A DNA stretch of 45,907 bases from the NCBI GenBank assembly GCA_036687775.1, contig JAYYZG010000071.1, positions 1 to 45,907 of the forward strand, written 5' to 3'. Both the position numbers and the translations under genes were made by a program. Shown piece by piece: positions 29,021 through 39,898 of the stretch. This DNA is from Actinomycetota bacterium (GTDB taxonomy: Bacteria; Actinomycetota; Acidimicrobiia; Acidimicrobiales; UBA8592). The notes under the pieces were generated by a model that searched no databases, was not told the origin of the DNA, and was given only the letters and a program-made list of their open reading frames with translations. Every line of letters starts with the position of its first letter. The first letter of the stretch is position 1.

Positions 29021-29811
29021 CGGCAAAAATCTCTAAGTCAATTCCTCCCCTTCTTTGGGTTGGTGCATTCATTGCTTCCATTTTTCTCATTATGCCTTTT
29101 ATCGGATTATCACAAAGAACCCCATGGTCTACGTTCTTTCAAACCGTTACAGAAGAAGCAGTCTTCCAATCCATCACATTATCGCTAGTCGTTGCCACAT
29201 CTGCAACAGCTATTTGCTTCTTGCTTGGACTTCCTCTGGGGTGGGTTTTGGCAAGGAGTCACGTAAAAGGTCTGAAGGTCATAAGGGCAATAGTTCTGCT
29301 ACCGATGGTTCTACCTCCGGTTGCTGGTGGAACAGCTTTACTGTTTGCGTTAGGAAGAAAAGGTTTTATCGGTGAAAAACTAGATAGCTGGTTTGGCTTA
29401 ACACTGCCGTTTACTACAGCCGGAGCAATCATTGCCGCAACATTCGTTTCTCTTCCCTTTTTCGTATTAGCAATTGAAACAGCAGCATCTCAGCTTGACC
29501 CACATTTTGAAGAAAGCTCATTAAGCCTTGGGGCAGGTCCAACACGAACTTTCTTTACCGCATCTCTTCCAATGATAAAGCCAGCGATCTTTGCAGGCAT
29601 AGCCCTTTCCTGGGCTCGGGCTCTAGGTGAGTTCGGAGCAACAATAACATTTGCAGGCGACAATCCTGAACGAACCCGCACGCTCCCATTGCAACTTTTC
29701 GTAGCGCTGGAAACCAACCCTGAACGTGCAATGGTTCTCGGAATGCTCATGGTCATTATTTCCCTATCTGTACTAGTCGCTCTTCGCGGGAAATGGATCG
29801 CAGCACAATGA
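29017..29811 (+). CDS. modB: Molybdate ABC transporter permease
   Basis: LPMVLPP, LLFALGRKG, WARALGEFGATITFAG. Confidence 0.94.
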   Translation: MTAKISKSIPPLLWVGAFIASIFLIMPFIGLSQRTPWSTFFQTVTEEAVFQSITLSLVVATSATAICFLLGLPLGWVLARSHVKGLKVIRAIVLLPMVLPPVAGGTALLFALGRKGFIGEKLDSWFGLTLPFTTAGAIIAATFVSLPFFVLAIETAASQLDPHFEESSLSLGAGPTRTFFTASLPMIKPAIFAGIALSWARALGEFGATITFAGDNPERTRTLPLQLFVALETNPERAMVLGMLMVIISLSVLVALRGKWIAAQ

Positions 29812-30869
29812 GCACAATACAGCTTTCAGGGTCAACCAATCTAGAAGAAAAATCTTTTGAATTCTGCATTGACATAGACTCCAATAAAAGCGTCTCCATA
29901 ATTGGCCCTAACGGAGCTGGGAAATCTACCTTCCTAAGAGTCATCGGAGGCCACCAGCCGTTACGAAACGGATCTCTAATGATCAATGATGTTCTAATGG
30001 ATGCCCCCACTGATAGAATTTTCATCCCACCCCACAGAAGACCTGTCGTCTTACAGCACCAAAACGGAGGCGTGTTCCCTCACCTATCCGTCCAAGATAA
30101 TATTGCTTTCCCCTTCCGGTCACGTAAATGCTCCAAAAGGAAAGCTCGAACCCATATCTCTGACATTCTTGAAGAATTTGACTTAAAGACTATTCAAACA
30201 CGGTTTCCTGATTCGCTTTCCGGAGGGCAAAGATCTCGAGTGGCCCTTGCCCGATCCGTAGCTAGTAATCCGGATTTTCTTTTGCTTGATGAGCCTTGCG
30301 CTTCCCTTGATGTTGAAGCAACAGCAGAGATGCATCAACTCCTACGTAGCCTAAAAACGACATTGCTAATAGCTACACATGACCCAGTTGAAACTATGAA
30401 GTTAACTGATTTTATAATCGCTGTTGATCAAGGAGAAATAATCCAACAGGGAAGCATCGAAGAACTAACCTCCAACCCAGCGACACCGTGGATAACCAAA
30501 TTCCTTGACTTGAATCTGGTCTCAGGAAAAGCAGTCGGTTACGGTGTGCAACTCAGCGATGGTGGACATTTGAACTTATCTAAAAAACATTTTGGGCCTG
30601 TCCAAATCAGCTTCCCTAGCTCCGCTATTGCTGTCCACACCGACCAACCAACTGGTTCCCCTAGAAATAGATGGGAAGCTACAGTTACAAGTCTCAACAC
30701 CGATGGCGATTTAGTCAGGATCGGTCTTAACGGCCCATTTTTTTCCCGTGCCACGATTACAAATACCTCGTTTAAGGAATTGGGTATTGAATTAGGAAGC
30801 CACTGCTGGGCCTCAATAAAGGCAACCGAGTTAATGGTGCTTCCATCTATGGATCCTGATAAAAAGTGA
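29808..30869 (+). CDS. modC: Molybdate ABC transporter ATP-binding protein with TOBE domain
   Basis: GPNGAGKST, LSGGQ, LLLDEP, SPRN...IKATE; ATGA overlap with modB. Confidence 0.9.
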   Translation: MSTIQLSGSTNLEEKSFEFCIDIDSNKSVSIIGPNGAGKSTFLRVIGGHQPLRNGSLMINDVLMDAPTDRIFIPPHRRPVVLQHQNGGVFPHLSVQDNIAFPFRSRKCSKRKARTHISDILEEFDLKTIQTRFPDSLSGGQRSRVALARSVASNPDFLLLDEPCASLDVEATAEMHQLLRSLKTTLLIATHDPVETMKLTDFIIAVDQGEIIQQGSIEELTSNPATPWITKFLDLNLVSGKAVGYGVQLSDGGHLNLSKKHFGPVQISFPSSAIAVHTDQPTGSPRNRWEATVTSLNTDGDLVRIGLNGPFFSRATITNTSFKELGIELGSHCWASIKATELMVLPSMDPDKK

Positions 30870-31354
30870 ATATGAATAAATTCGCTACCGCAGATCTCCT
30901 TGATGATTTTCCGGAAGCTGAAGTTCTGCCATTGAGTTTTTTATCATATGGGAGCAAGCCAAATTTTTATGGTGAAGCAGTCACTGTAATAGCTCCGGAA
31001 GATAACTCACTTGTTCGCCAAACGTTAGAAACCGAAGGTAACGGGAAAGTCTTAGTCGTTGATGGCGAAGGGTCCCTCAATTGCGCGTTGCTTGGAGACC
31101 GCCTCGCTGATCTAGCGATAAAGAACAATTGGCATGGCGTAATCATCAATGGCTGCATAAGAGATTCCGCTGTAATTAAAGATATGCCGATTGGAATAAA
31201 GGCGATAGGAACGAATCCACGAAAGAGCATAAAGCGCGGGCTAGGAGAAGTTGGCACGAGAATTCAAATTGCTGGCATCCAGTTAGAAACCGGATTTTGG
31301 ATCTATGCAGACAGCGACGGCGTTATCATCGCAAAGAAAAATCTTCTCACATAA
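30866..31354 (+). CDS. rraA: RraA family protein (RNase E regulator / HMG aldolase-like)
   Basis: TADLLD, EDNSLV, GKVLVVDG.GS, ALLGD, GCIRD, YADSDG. Confidence 0.92.
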   Translation: MNMNKFATADLLDDFPEAEVLPLSFLSYGSKPNFYGEAVTVIAPEDNSLVRQTLETEGNGKVLVVDGEGSLNCALLGDRLADLAIKNNWHGVIINGCIRDSAVIKDMPIGIKAIGTNPRKSIKRGLGEVGTRIQIAGIQLETGFWIYADSDGVIIAKKNLLT

Positions 31355-31386
31355 TTCCTTGATTTCGAAAAAACTTGCGACAACTA

Positions 31387-31416
31387 TTGACACGGGTGTA
31401 GTTACACGGCTGTAAT
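31387..31416 (+). promoter_or_regulatory. Sigma70-type promoter of nrdAB overlapped by two tandem 14-bp palindromic boxes
   Basis: TTGACA-N18-TGTAAT; boxes TGACA-cggg-TGTAG (31388-31401) and TTACA-cggc-TGTAA (31402-31415). Confidence 0.65.
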
Positions 31417-31556
31417 TAGGTTCCAACGGTTTTTCAAAGAAGAAAAGCCTTGGAGACTCAAAGAGACAAAACCTTCACAGATAGGAATGCGTGTTCTTTG
31501 AAAATAGAACCGGTTGAAACTGGTTTGCAAGTTGGGGACATTCAAGGAGAGCAACG

Positions 31557-34106
31557 ATGGCATTATCTGAACCATCTATAAAAAAAGAAAACGAAAGGTC
31601 AGAAGCAGACCAGCTCAGTGAGGTCGAGAACGGTAACGTTCAACCCATAGCCGAAGTATCGGGAGTCAACGACCCAACCACTCCGCAGAGCCAGGAAAGC
31701 AACACTGTCCTTCCCCAGAGCACAGGAATGCGTGTTCGGAAAAGGAATGGGGACCTTGAACAAGTAGATGTAAATAAAATAGTTAACGCAGTGGCCCGAT
31801 GTGCAGAAGGGCTAAAAGGGGTAGACCCTATGCGTGTAGCGACGAGAACTATCTCAGCACTCGCAGATGGATCCACCACACGTGAGCTTGATGAACTTTC
31901 GATAAGAACAGCAGCTGGGTTAATCGTTGAAGAGCCTCGATACTCTCGGCTAGCGGGACGATTGTTAGCTACATACATTGATAAAGAAGTGCGAAACCAA
32001 AACATACCCTGGTTCACAGAATCAGTTACAAGAGGACACCAACTAGGAATAATCGGTGATGGCGCTTTAAATTTTGCTCTGGAGAACGCCTCCACATTAA
32101 ATGCGGCCATCAACTCTGACAGAGACAGAAACTTTGAATTTTTTGGTCTCCGCACCGTTTATGATAGATATCTTCTCCGCCATCCGGAAACACGAGAAGT
32201 GATAGAAACCCCTCAGTATTTTTTCCTCAGAGTAGCTTGCGGACTCTCGCAAAACGTTGACGAAGCTGTTGCTTTCTATGATTTAATGTCATCTCTGGCC
32301 TATCTCCCCTCAAGCCCAACTCTTTTTAACTCTGGAACAACCCACCAGCAACTCTCAAGTTGCTACCTGCTTGACTCCCCTGAAGACTCATTAGAGGGAA
32401 TTTATAAGCGCTATACCGATATCGCCCAACTCTCGAAGTTCGCAGGAGGAATTGGAGTAGCCTGGCATCGCATCAGAAGTAAAGGAAGCCTAATCAAAGG
32501 AACTAACGGACTTTCCAATGGCATCGTCCCTTGGCTCAAAACCCTTGACAGTTCCGTAGCTGCAGTAAATCAAGGAGGTCGTCGTAAAGGTGCTGCTTGT
32601 ATCTACCTTGAGACCTGGCATGACGACGTAGAAGAATTCCTTGAATTAAAACAAAATACTGGCGACCATGCACGACGCACTCACAATTTAAACATCGCGA
32701 ATTGGGTGCCAGATTTGTTTATGGAACGAGTTGAAAATAACTGGAAATGGAGTTTATTTGACCCGAAAAGAGTCCCTCACCTAACAGATCTTTTCGGAGA
32801 GGAATTTGAAAAAGCATACATAGAAGCAGAAGAGGCAGAGTTGTACGAACGTCAAATTGATGCTCGTGATCTTTATTCAAAAATGATGAGAACTCTCGCA
32901 GAGACTGGAAACGGTTGGATGACTTTTAAAGACTCGTCTAATCTCAAATGCAACCAAACTTCAAATCTGAGAAAAGACAACGAGAAAAACGGGGAAACAC
33001 GGGTTGTTCACCTATCGAATTTATGTACTGAAAGAATTGAAGTAACCAACCAGTCCGAAACAGCCGTCTTCAATCTAGGATCCCTGAATCTTGGGTCTTT
33101 CATAACTGAAGAAAATACCCCTACTTTCAATTTTGAAGAGCTTGGAAAGACAGTACGACAAGTAGTTCCCTTCTTAGACCGAGTAATTGATATCAATTTC
33201 TATCCAATCAATGAAGCCGATAACTCAAATAATCAGTGGCGACCTGTGGGACTAGGAATGATGGGACTTCAAGACGTCTTCTTCAAGATGCAAATCCCAT
33301 TTGATTCAGAAGAGGCGAGAACAATTTCTTCAAGAATAAGTGAAGAAATTTACTATAACGCTCTTTGGGCATCTACCGAACTAGCAGAACTAAATGGACC
33401 CCATGAAGCGTTCGGCCAGACAAGAGCAGCCCAGGGTGATCTTCAATTTGACCTTTGGGACGTGAATCCTTCTGATACAGAAAGATGGGAAGAACTCCGC
33501 ACCAGAATTTCTGAACATGGTTTAAGAAACTCCCTAATGATCGCTATTGCCCCTACTGCAACAATTGCCTCAATAGCTGGTTGTTACGAATGTATTGAAC
33601 CTCAGGTATCGAATCTATTTAAACGTGAAACTCTCTCAGGCGAATTCATGCAGATAAATAAATACTTAGTTAAAGAGCTTCAGGAACGAGACCTCTGGGA
33701 CGAAGAAATGCGAACCGAATTAATTCGGAATGAAGGGTCGGTGCAGGATGTGGACCGCATTCCCGAGGATCTAAAGCAAATCTACCGAACCGCTTGGGAA
33801 CTCCCTATGAAGTCTTTAATTGAAATGGCAGCAGACCGAGGTGCTTACATCGACCAAAGCCAATCCTTAAACCTCTTTATGGAGTCTCCAAACATAGGAA
33901 AGCTCAGTTCAATGTACATGTACGCTTGGAAGCAAGGACTTAAGACCACCTATTATTTACGGTCACGACCTGCGACAAGGATAAACCAAACAACGGTGAG
34001 TTCAAATAAACCAAGTCCTGATGGTGGGGAGAAACCAGGCTTCATGGATGCCGATTCGCTTGCTTGCTCCCTTGAAAATCCGGAATCTTGCGAATCTTGT
34101 AATTAA
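31557..34106 (+). CDS. nrdA: Class I ribonucleotide reductase alpha subunit with ATP-cone
   Basis: ATP-cone MRVRKRNG; SSPTLFNSG, SSCYL, NQGGRRKGA, SNLCTE, APTATIAS, DQSQSLN, KTTYYLR, C-terminal CESC. AVFNL stands where AVCNL is expected. Confidence 0.96.
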   Translation: MALSEPSIKKENERSEADQLSEVENGNVQPIAEVSGVNDPTTPQSQESNTVLPQSTGMRVRKRNGDLEQVDVNKIVNAVARCAEGLKGVDPMRVATRTISALADGSTTRELDELSIRTAAGLIVEEPRYSRLAGRLLATYIDKEVRNQNIPWFTESVTRGHQLGIIGDGALNFALENASTLNAAINSDRDRNFEFFGLRTVYDRYLLRHPETREVIETPQYFFLRVACGLSQNVDEAVAFYDLMSSLAYLPSSPTLFNSGTTHQQLSSCYLLDSPEDSLEGIYKRYTDIAQLSKFAGGIGVAWHRIRSKGSLIKGTNGLSNGIVPWLKTLDSSVAAVNQGGRRKGAACIYLETWHDDVEEFLELKQNTGDHARRTHNLNIANWVPDLFMERVENNWKWSLFDPKRVPHLTDLFGEEFEKAYIEAEEAELYERQIDARDLYSKMMRTLAETGNGWMTFKDSSNLKCNQTSNLRKDNEKNGETRVVHLSNLCTERIEVTNQSETAVFNLGSLNLGSFITEENTPTFNFEELGKTVRQVVPFLDRVIDINFYPINEADNSNNQWRPVGLGMMGLQDVFFKMQIPFDSEEARTISSRISEEIYYNALWASTELAELNGPHEAFGQTRAAQGDLQFDLWDVNPSDTERWEELRTRISEHGLRNSLMIAIAPTATIASIAGCYECIEPQVSNLFKRETLSGEFMQINKYLVKELQERDLWDEEMRTELIRNEGSVQDVDRIPEDLKQIYRTAWELPMKSLIEMAADRGAYIDQSQSLNLFMESPNIGKLSSMYMYAWKQGLKTTYYLRSRPATRINQTTVSSNKPSPDGGEKPGFMDADSLACSLENPESCESCN

Positions 34107-34129
34107 CGAAAAGGAAAAGAAAACACAAA

Positions 34130-35224
34130 ATGGCTCTAGCCGACGAAAATAACTACGCACTCACCTCAGATGATCCAAGTATCGAAGAGGGAGCGAGTTC
34201 TACAAATAACCCAGCGAAAAGACCGGATAATATTCTTGATCCCGGATTTGACCTGACCTTACGACCGATGAAATATCAAGTCTTCTTTGACATGTATAAG
34301 GACGCCATAAAAAATACATGGACTGTTGATGAAATAGATTTCGCAGATGACCACGTAGATCTGCGAAGTATGTCTCCGGCTGAAAAACACCTTATAAGCC
34401 GTTTAGTCGCTTTCTTTGCTACCGGAGACTCAATAGTCTCGAACAACTTAGTACTAAATCTTTATAAGCATATAAATGCCCCTGAAGCAAGAATGTACCT
34501 AAGTAGACAACTCTACGAAGAAGCGCTCCATGTTCAGTTCTACTTGACACTTCTAGATTCCTACATTCCAGATATGAAAGAACGCGAAGAAGCTTTTGCC
34601 GCAATACATAACATTCCATCAATACGACAAAAAGGTGACTTCTGCTTTAAGTGGATGGGAACAATGGAGTCATTGGATGAAGTGCGAACAGAAGAAGACC
34701 AGAGAACATTTCTGAGGAATCTTATTTGCTTCGCTGCCTGCATAGAAGGACTTTTCTTCTTTGCTGCTTTCGCATACGTCTACTTTCTTAGAAGTAAAGG
34801 GCTCCTAAACGGACTAGCCGCAGGAACCAACTGGGTCTTCAGGGATGAAAGCGCTCACATGAACTTCGCTTTTACAGTGGTTGAAACCGTTCGACAGGAA
34901 CAACCAGAGCTTTGGACAGTTGAATTAACGAATGATATTAAGGAAATGCTTAGCGAAGCCGTTGAATGCGAAATGCGTTTCGCAGATGATGTTCTTGGAG
35001 GTGGAATCAATGGGATGAGCCTTTCCGACACTCGTGAATATCTGCAATTTGTAGCTGACCAGCGCCTAATGCAACTCGGAATAGAACCAATCTATGGTTC
35101 AAAAAACCCCTTTGATTTTATGGCATTACAAGATGTGCAAGAACTCACTAATTTCTTTGAAAAAACAGTAACTGCATATCAAGTCGGTGTTGAAGGCGAA
35201 GTAGCCTTTGACGAAGATTTTTAG
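34130..35224 (+). CDS. nrdB: Class I ribonucleotide reductase beta subunit
   Basis: FFATGDSIV, EEALHVQFY (radical Tyr), EGLFFFAAF, RDESAH, NFFEK. Confidence 0.96.
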   Translation: MALADENNYALTSDDPSIEEGASSTNNPAKRPDNILDPGFDLTLRPMKYQVFFDMYKDAIKNTWTVDEIDFADDHVDLRSMSPAEKHLISRLVAFFATGDSIVSNNLVLNLYKHINAPEARMYLSRQLYEEALHVQFYLTLLDSYIPDMKEREEAFAAIHNIPSIRQKGDFCFKWMGTMESLDEVRTEEDQRTFLRNLICFAACIEGLFFFAAFAYVYFLRSKGLLNGLAAGTNWVFRDESAHMNFAFTVVETVRQEQPELWTVELTNDIKEMLSEAVECEMRFADDVLGGGINGMSLSDTREYLQFVADQRLMQLGIEPIYGSKNPFDFMALQDVQELTNFFEKTVTAYQVGVEGEVAFDEDF

Positions 35225-35252
35225 TTCTCCAGTCCCCCAACTGGAACCAAGC

Positions 35253-35289
35253 CAAGCCCAGTGCGCAAGCGCTGGGCTTGAGCTATTTT
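35253..35289. terminator. Hairpin/terminator between convergent nrdB and meaB
   Basis: CAAGCCCAGTGC-GCAA-GCGCTGGGCTTG: 12-bp stem (one G-U) with a GNRA loop, then a short T-rich tail. Confidence 0.75.
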
Positions 35290-36283
35290 ACTCTTCACTT
35301 CTGAATAATTGAATAATTCTTTCTGCAGCTTCAAACGGGGAAAGCCCGCTATTTAGAATTTTTTCCTCTGTCTCTAAAACAACTGAAGCGATCTCTGGCT
35401 TTTCTTTAAGATTATGAATTAATTGGTCTTCCACCAATGCCCACATCCACCGGATTTGCTGACGTGAACGGCGTTTCTCCCAATCACCAGTTTCCTGCGC
35501 ATGTTCCTGATGAAGACCAATTTGCTCCCAAATAGCTGGAATACCTTGTCCAGTGAGTGCAGAACACGTCATAACTGGTGGGGTCCAGCCAGCATTCGTT
35601 GAACTAAGAAGCGTCATGGCTGATTGGTAATCACGAGCTGACTGCCTTGCACGCAATTCATTTTCTCCATCTGCCTTATTGACCGCAATTAAATCAGCTA
35701 ATTCCAAAACGCCTTTTTTAATTCCTTGAAGGGAATCTCCAGACCCTGGAAGAAGAAGTACCAAAAAGAAATCGACCATCTCTGAAACAATCGCTTCGCT
35801 TTGGCCAACTCCGACTGTTTCGATAAGAACAACGTCAAAACCTGCAGCTTCAAGAACGAGAATTGTTTCCCGAGTCCCTTTTGCTACACCTCCTAGAATT
35901 CCAGAGGATGGTGAAGGCCTAATAAAAGCATTTGGATTACTTGAGAGACGGTCCATTCTAGTTTTATCACCAAGTATTGAACCTCCAGAGATAGAGCTAG
36001 AAGGGTCAACAGCAAGGACAGCGACTTTATGACCCAACTCAGTCAGATACGTCCCCAATTCATCAACGAATGTACTTTTCCCCACACCAGGGGAACCAGT
36101 AATCCCTATACGACGAGCCCCGCCTGCATGCGGGGCAATACTTTCTAACAACCCAGTCGCCTTACCTCTGTCATCAAGAGTTGAACTCTCAATGAGCGTG
36201 ATCGCTTTAGCCAACCATGTCCTATCACCTGAAAGGACACCGGCAGTAACCAGTTCCATTTCAGAAGTCTCCATAATAATCAA
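35288..36283 (-). CDS. meaB: Methylmalonyl-CoA mutase-associated GTPase
   Basis: [37 protein letters not shown]. Start may be ATG 36274. Confidence 0.95.
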   Translation of the reverse strand: MIIMETSEMELVTAGVLSGDRTWLAKAITLIESSTLDDRGKATGLLESIAPHAGGARRIGITGSPGVGKSTFVDELGTYLTELGHKVAVLAVDPSSSISGGSILGDKTRMDRLSSNPNAFIRPSPSSGILGGVAKGTRETILVLEAAGFDVVLIETVGVGQSEAIVSEMVDFFLVLLLPGSGDSLQGIKKGVLELADLIAVNKADGENELRARQSARDYQSAMTLLSSTNAGWTPPVMTCSALTGQGIPAIWEQIGLHQEHAQETGDWEKRRSRQQIRWMWALVEDQLIHNLKEKPEIASVVLETEEKILNSGLSPFEAAERIIQLFRSEE

Positions 36284-38445
36284 CCGATCTTATTGAGAAG
36301 CTCTAGGGCAGCATCAGATATCACAGTACCGGGTGGATATATCGCTGAAGCCCCCGCATCATATAATGCTTCGAAATCTTGAGGAGGCACAACCCCGCCC
36401 ACAACTATTAGAATATCTTCTCTCCCCAATTCTGCGAGAGCCATTTTAAGTTGCGGGACAAGAGCCAGATGTCCGGCCGCTAAGGATGATACCCCTACTA
36501 CATGAACATCGGCTTCAACGGCTTGCTGGGCAGCTTCCTCTGGGGTTTGAAACAACGGTCCTATATCAACGTCAAAACCAAGATCTGCAAATGCAGTAGC
36601 AATGACTTTTTGGCCTCTATCATGCCCATCCTGTCCTACTTTCGCTACAAGTATCCTTGGACGGCGCCCATGTTCTTTCTCGAACCTTTCAGCTTCTACA
36701 CGAACTGATTCGATTTGATCGTTTTCTTCTCCCACTTCGCTTTTATACACTCCTGAAATAATTTGTATTTGCGACCTATGACGACCATACACCCTTTCTA
36801 GCGCATCACTGATCTCTCCGACGGTTGCACATTCTCTCGCTGCATCAATAGATAATTCAAGAAGGTTTCCATTTCCCGCAGCCCCATTAGTTAAACGCTT
36901 AAGAGCAGCGTCGCATAATTCTTGATCTCGATTTTGTCGCAAATCTACTAGTTGTCGGATTTGAGCTGCTTGCACCTCATGATTATCAACTTGAAGGATA
37001 TCCACCTCTTCTTCTTGGTCTAAACGGAACTTATTTACGCCAATAACAGGTTGTGTTCCTGAATCAATTCTAGCTTGGGTCCTCGCTGCTGCTTCTTCAA
37101 TTCGAAGTTTTGGAATACCTAATTCAATAGCTTTCGCCATCCCTCCTGCTTCTTCAATTTCAGTAATGTGCTCCCAGGATCGTCGCGCCAGGTCATGCGT
37201 TAAGCGTTCAACGTAGTATGAGCCACCCCATGGGTCTACAACACGGCATGTTCCAGATTCGTGCTGTAGGAAAAGTTGGGTGTTTCGTGCGATACGAGCA
37301 CTAAAATCTGATGGCAATGCCAATGCTTCATCAAACGAATTCGTATGAAGCGATTGTGTATGCCCTTGTGTCGCAGCCATCGCTTCAACACAAGTCCGCA
37401 CGATATTTGTGTACACATCCTGAGCAGTAAGACTCCATCCAGATGTCTGGCTATGTGTTCTTAACGATAGGGATTTTGGGTTTTGAGGATTGAATTGCCG
37501 AACTAATTTTGCCCATAGCAACCGTGCTGCTCTCAATTTCGCGACTTCCATGAAAAAATTCATTCCAATACACCAAAAAAAACTAAGTCGGGGAGCAAAT
37601 TGGTCAATATCCAATCCTGCTTCCAGCCCAGCACGAATATATTCAATTCCATCTGCAAGGGTGTAAGCCATCTCTAGATCAAGAGTGGCTCCCGCTTCTT
37701 GCATGTGGTAACCAGAGATTGAGATCGAGTTGAATTTCGGCATTTCCTTCGAAGTAAATGAGATGATGTCAGAAATTATTCTCATTGAAGGCTTAGGTGG
37801 GTAAATAAAGGTGTTCCTCACCATAAATTCTTTTAAAATATCATTCTGGATTGTTCCAGTTAGTTGTTTTGGAGTCACTCCCTGTTCTTCCGCGGCAAGC
37901 ACATAAAGGGCAAGAATCGGCAACACAGCGCCGTTCATTGTCATCGAAACACTCATTTTGTCCAGAGGTATCCCATCAAACAATTGACGCATATCAATTA
38001 TTGAATCAATAGCTACCCCAGCCATCCCCACATCGCCAGATACCCTTGGGTTGTCTGAGTCGTACCCTCTGTGAGTAGGTAAGTCAAACGCCACTGAAAG
38101 ACCCTTTTGTCCTGCAGCTAGGTTCCTTCGATAGAAGGCGTTCGACTCTGCTGCTGTAGAGAAACCAGCATATTGCCTTATCGTCCATGGCTGATTGATA
38201 TACATCGTTGGATATGGACCCCGTAGATACGGAGGGAACCCAGAGTATGTATCTAGGAAATCAAGGTTCGTTACGTCTTCTGGGCCATAAATTGGATGCA
38301 CTGGTATCCCCTCGGGAGTAATCCAGTCACTTTCACCATTAGTTGTAGTTGAAAATTTACTGAAATCAGAAAGCCAACTTTCCTTATTCGTGTTGTTGAT
38401 ATTTTTTTCGGGTTGAAGGGGTATAGAACTGAAATTAGGAATCAT
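36280..38445 (-). CDS. mutB: Methylmalonyl-CoA mutase large (catalytic, B12-binding) subunit
   Basis: [39 protein letters not shown]12-binding motif. Confidence 0.96.
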   Translation of the reverse strand: MIPNFSSIPLQPEKNINNTNKESWLSDFSKFSTTTNGESDWITPEGIPVHPIYGPEDVTNLDFLDTYSGFPPYLRGPYPTMYINQPWTIRQYAGFSTAAESNAFYRRNLAAGQKGLSVAFDLPTHRGYDSDNPRVSGDVGMAGVAIDSIIDMRQLFDGIPLDKMSVSMTMNGAVLPILALYVLAAEEQGVTPKQLTGTIQNDILKEFMVRNTFIYPPKPSMRIISDIISFTSKEMPKFNSISISGYHMQEAGATLDLEMAYTLADGIEYIRAGLEAGLDIDQFAPRLSFFWCIGMNFFMEVAKLRAARLLWAKLVRQFNPQNPKSLSLRTHSQTSGWSLTAQDVYTNIVRTCVEAMAATQGHTQSLHTNSFDEALALPSDFSARIARNTQLFLQHESGTCRVVDPWGGSYYVERLTHDLARRSWEHITEIEEAGGMAKAIELGIPKLRIEEAAARTQARIDSGTQPVIGVNKFRLDQEEEVDILQVDNHEVQAAQIRQLVDLRQNRDQELCDAALKRLTNGAAGNGNLLELSIDAARECATVGEISDALERVYGRHRSQIQIISGVYKSEVGEENDQIESVRVEAERFEKEHGRRPRILVAKVGQDGHDRGQKVIATAFADLGFDVDIGPLFQTPEEAAQQAVEADVHVVGVSSLAAGHLALVPQLKMALAELGREDILIVVGGVVPPQDFEALYDAGASAIYPPGTVISDAALELLNKIG

Positions 38446-39898
38446 TGCTATCCCCTTCTGCTTCAGAAGATAAGTCAGAAATTCGAAAATCGGGTCCTGT
38501 TTGTGATTTTGACTCAGTACGCATCTTCAATGGTTCCGGATAAGGGCGCCTTTGTAAATTTGTTTTCTCTGATTCGAGAAAATCATTAACTCCTATAAGA
38601 ATCCGTTCTTTATTTCTGATTTGTTCTTTGTATTGATCGCGATTATCTGAAATTGACTTTCGGAAAGAACCCGAAATGATCTCCTGAGTTATACCACCAT
38701 TTTTTTCAATTAATTGAAATCTTTCCCAAGCCATTTGAGCAATCTGATCAGTTAACGATTCGACATACCATGAGCCCCCGGCAGGATCAATCACTTTATG
38801 AATATTGGATTCCTCCATCAGAACAAGTTGTGTATTTCGTGCGAGCCTCATCCCAAAATCGTCGGGAATGCCGAAAGCGCTATCAAAAGGAGGAAGAGAA
38901 ATCGTATCAGCTCCTCCAGTTGCTGCAGAAAAACAACCAACAGTTGTGCGAAGCAAATTTATCCAAGGATCAGTTTTAGAAATGAGGAATTGAGGAAGTG
39001 AAGCTTGAGTCTTCAAGTGAACGTGATTCACTCCGCAAGCCTGACCTATCCGACTTATGAGAATTCGCAATGCCCGAAGTTTTGCAATATCAAAAAATTG
39101 GTCTGTCCCTACAGAAGTCACAACATGAATTTGGCTAAAAGCTTCAGCGAGGGAGACACCTGCCCTATCCATGCTTTGGAGATAAGCAATGACAGAAGAG
39201 GAGATACCGGCTAATTCTGTTATTCGGTCTGCGCCAGCTTCAGCGTAAGCCAAGCCATCCACTCGAAAGGTAGTTGCCTTCTTAAACTCTTGCTGGGCTC
39301 TTAGTGCAATGCTCCCACCAGCATCTAACGCACTTTGAGTGCTAGCTAAATCTTGAGAATTTCTAAACAGTTCACCTAACGGGTCAATGCTTAGATCAAA
39401 GATAAACTCTTCGGCAGCTTTGCCCTTTGAATCAATAAATTTAAGGAAGCTCTCAGCATTGCCCAAACTGTCTAATAAATTTGTTGGAGCTACACCGGCG
39501 ATATTGAGGAGAACTCCGTCTAAGAGCCTCTCAAATGCACTTGAATCAACTTCCGAAAGAACCAGTTCAATGCTATTAGTTCCATTCTGCAAGTCATTTA
39601 GAATTGCTGCATTGGTTTCTTCCTGTGATTTTACCCAATAACGTTGTCGGATCTCCCACCCGAGTAATTGACCCGCGATATTAGATGCTCGCCTACTTGT
39701 TCCCAAACTTGGATAAACCGGATTCACAGGATTGTCTTGATGAATATAAATGGGTTCTGTGCGAATTCCCGAACCTAAATCTGTATAAAGCAACTCTTCA
39801 AATAGATCCTCAGTAACAACTGATTTAGCAGCGTCCATCCAAGCATCAAACGTTGGCAGGTCATCTCCATTCAAAAAACTCATTACATCTTCAGCCAT
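38435..39898 (-). CDS. mutA: Methylmalonyl-CoA mutase small subunit (short form)
   Basis: [22 protein letters not shown]...[34 protein letters not shown]; lies directly upstream of mutB. Confidence 0.9.
   Translation of the reverse strand: MAEDVMSFLNGDDLPTFDAWMDAAKSVVTEDLFEELLYTDLGSGIRTEPIYIHQDNPVNPVYPSLGTSRRASNIAGQLLGWEIRQRYWVKSQEETNAAILNDLQNGTNSIELVLSEVDSSAFERLLDGVLLNIAGVAPTNLLDSLGNAESFLKFIDSKGKAAEEFIFDLSIDPLGELFRNSQDLASTQSALDAGGSIALRAQQEFKKATTFRVDGLAYAEAGADRITELAGISSSVIAYLQSMDRAGVSLAEAFSQIHVVTSVGTDQFFDIAKLRALRILISRIGQACGVNHVHLKTQASLPQFLISKTDPWINLLRTTVGCFSAATGGADTISLPPFDSAFGIPDDFGMRLARNTQLVLMEESNIHKVIDPAGGSWYVESLTDQIAQMAWERFQLIEKNGGITQEIISGSFRKSISDNRDQYKEQIRNKERILIGVNDFLESEKTNLQRRPYPEPLKMRTESKSQTGPDFRISDLSSEAEGDSNDS

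Noticed and set aside
31355-31556. Canonical cobalamin riboswitch or NrdR boxes
   Set aside because: No recognisable B12-box or conserved core, and only a TGTAGT half-match to NrdR without the paired spacing.
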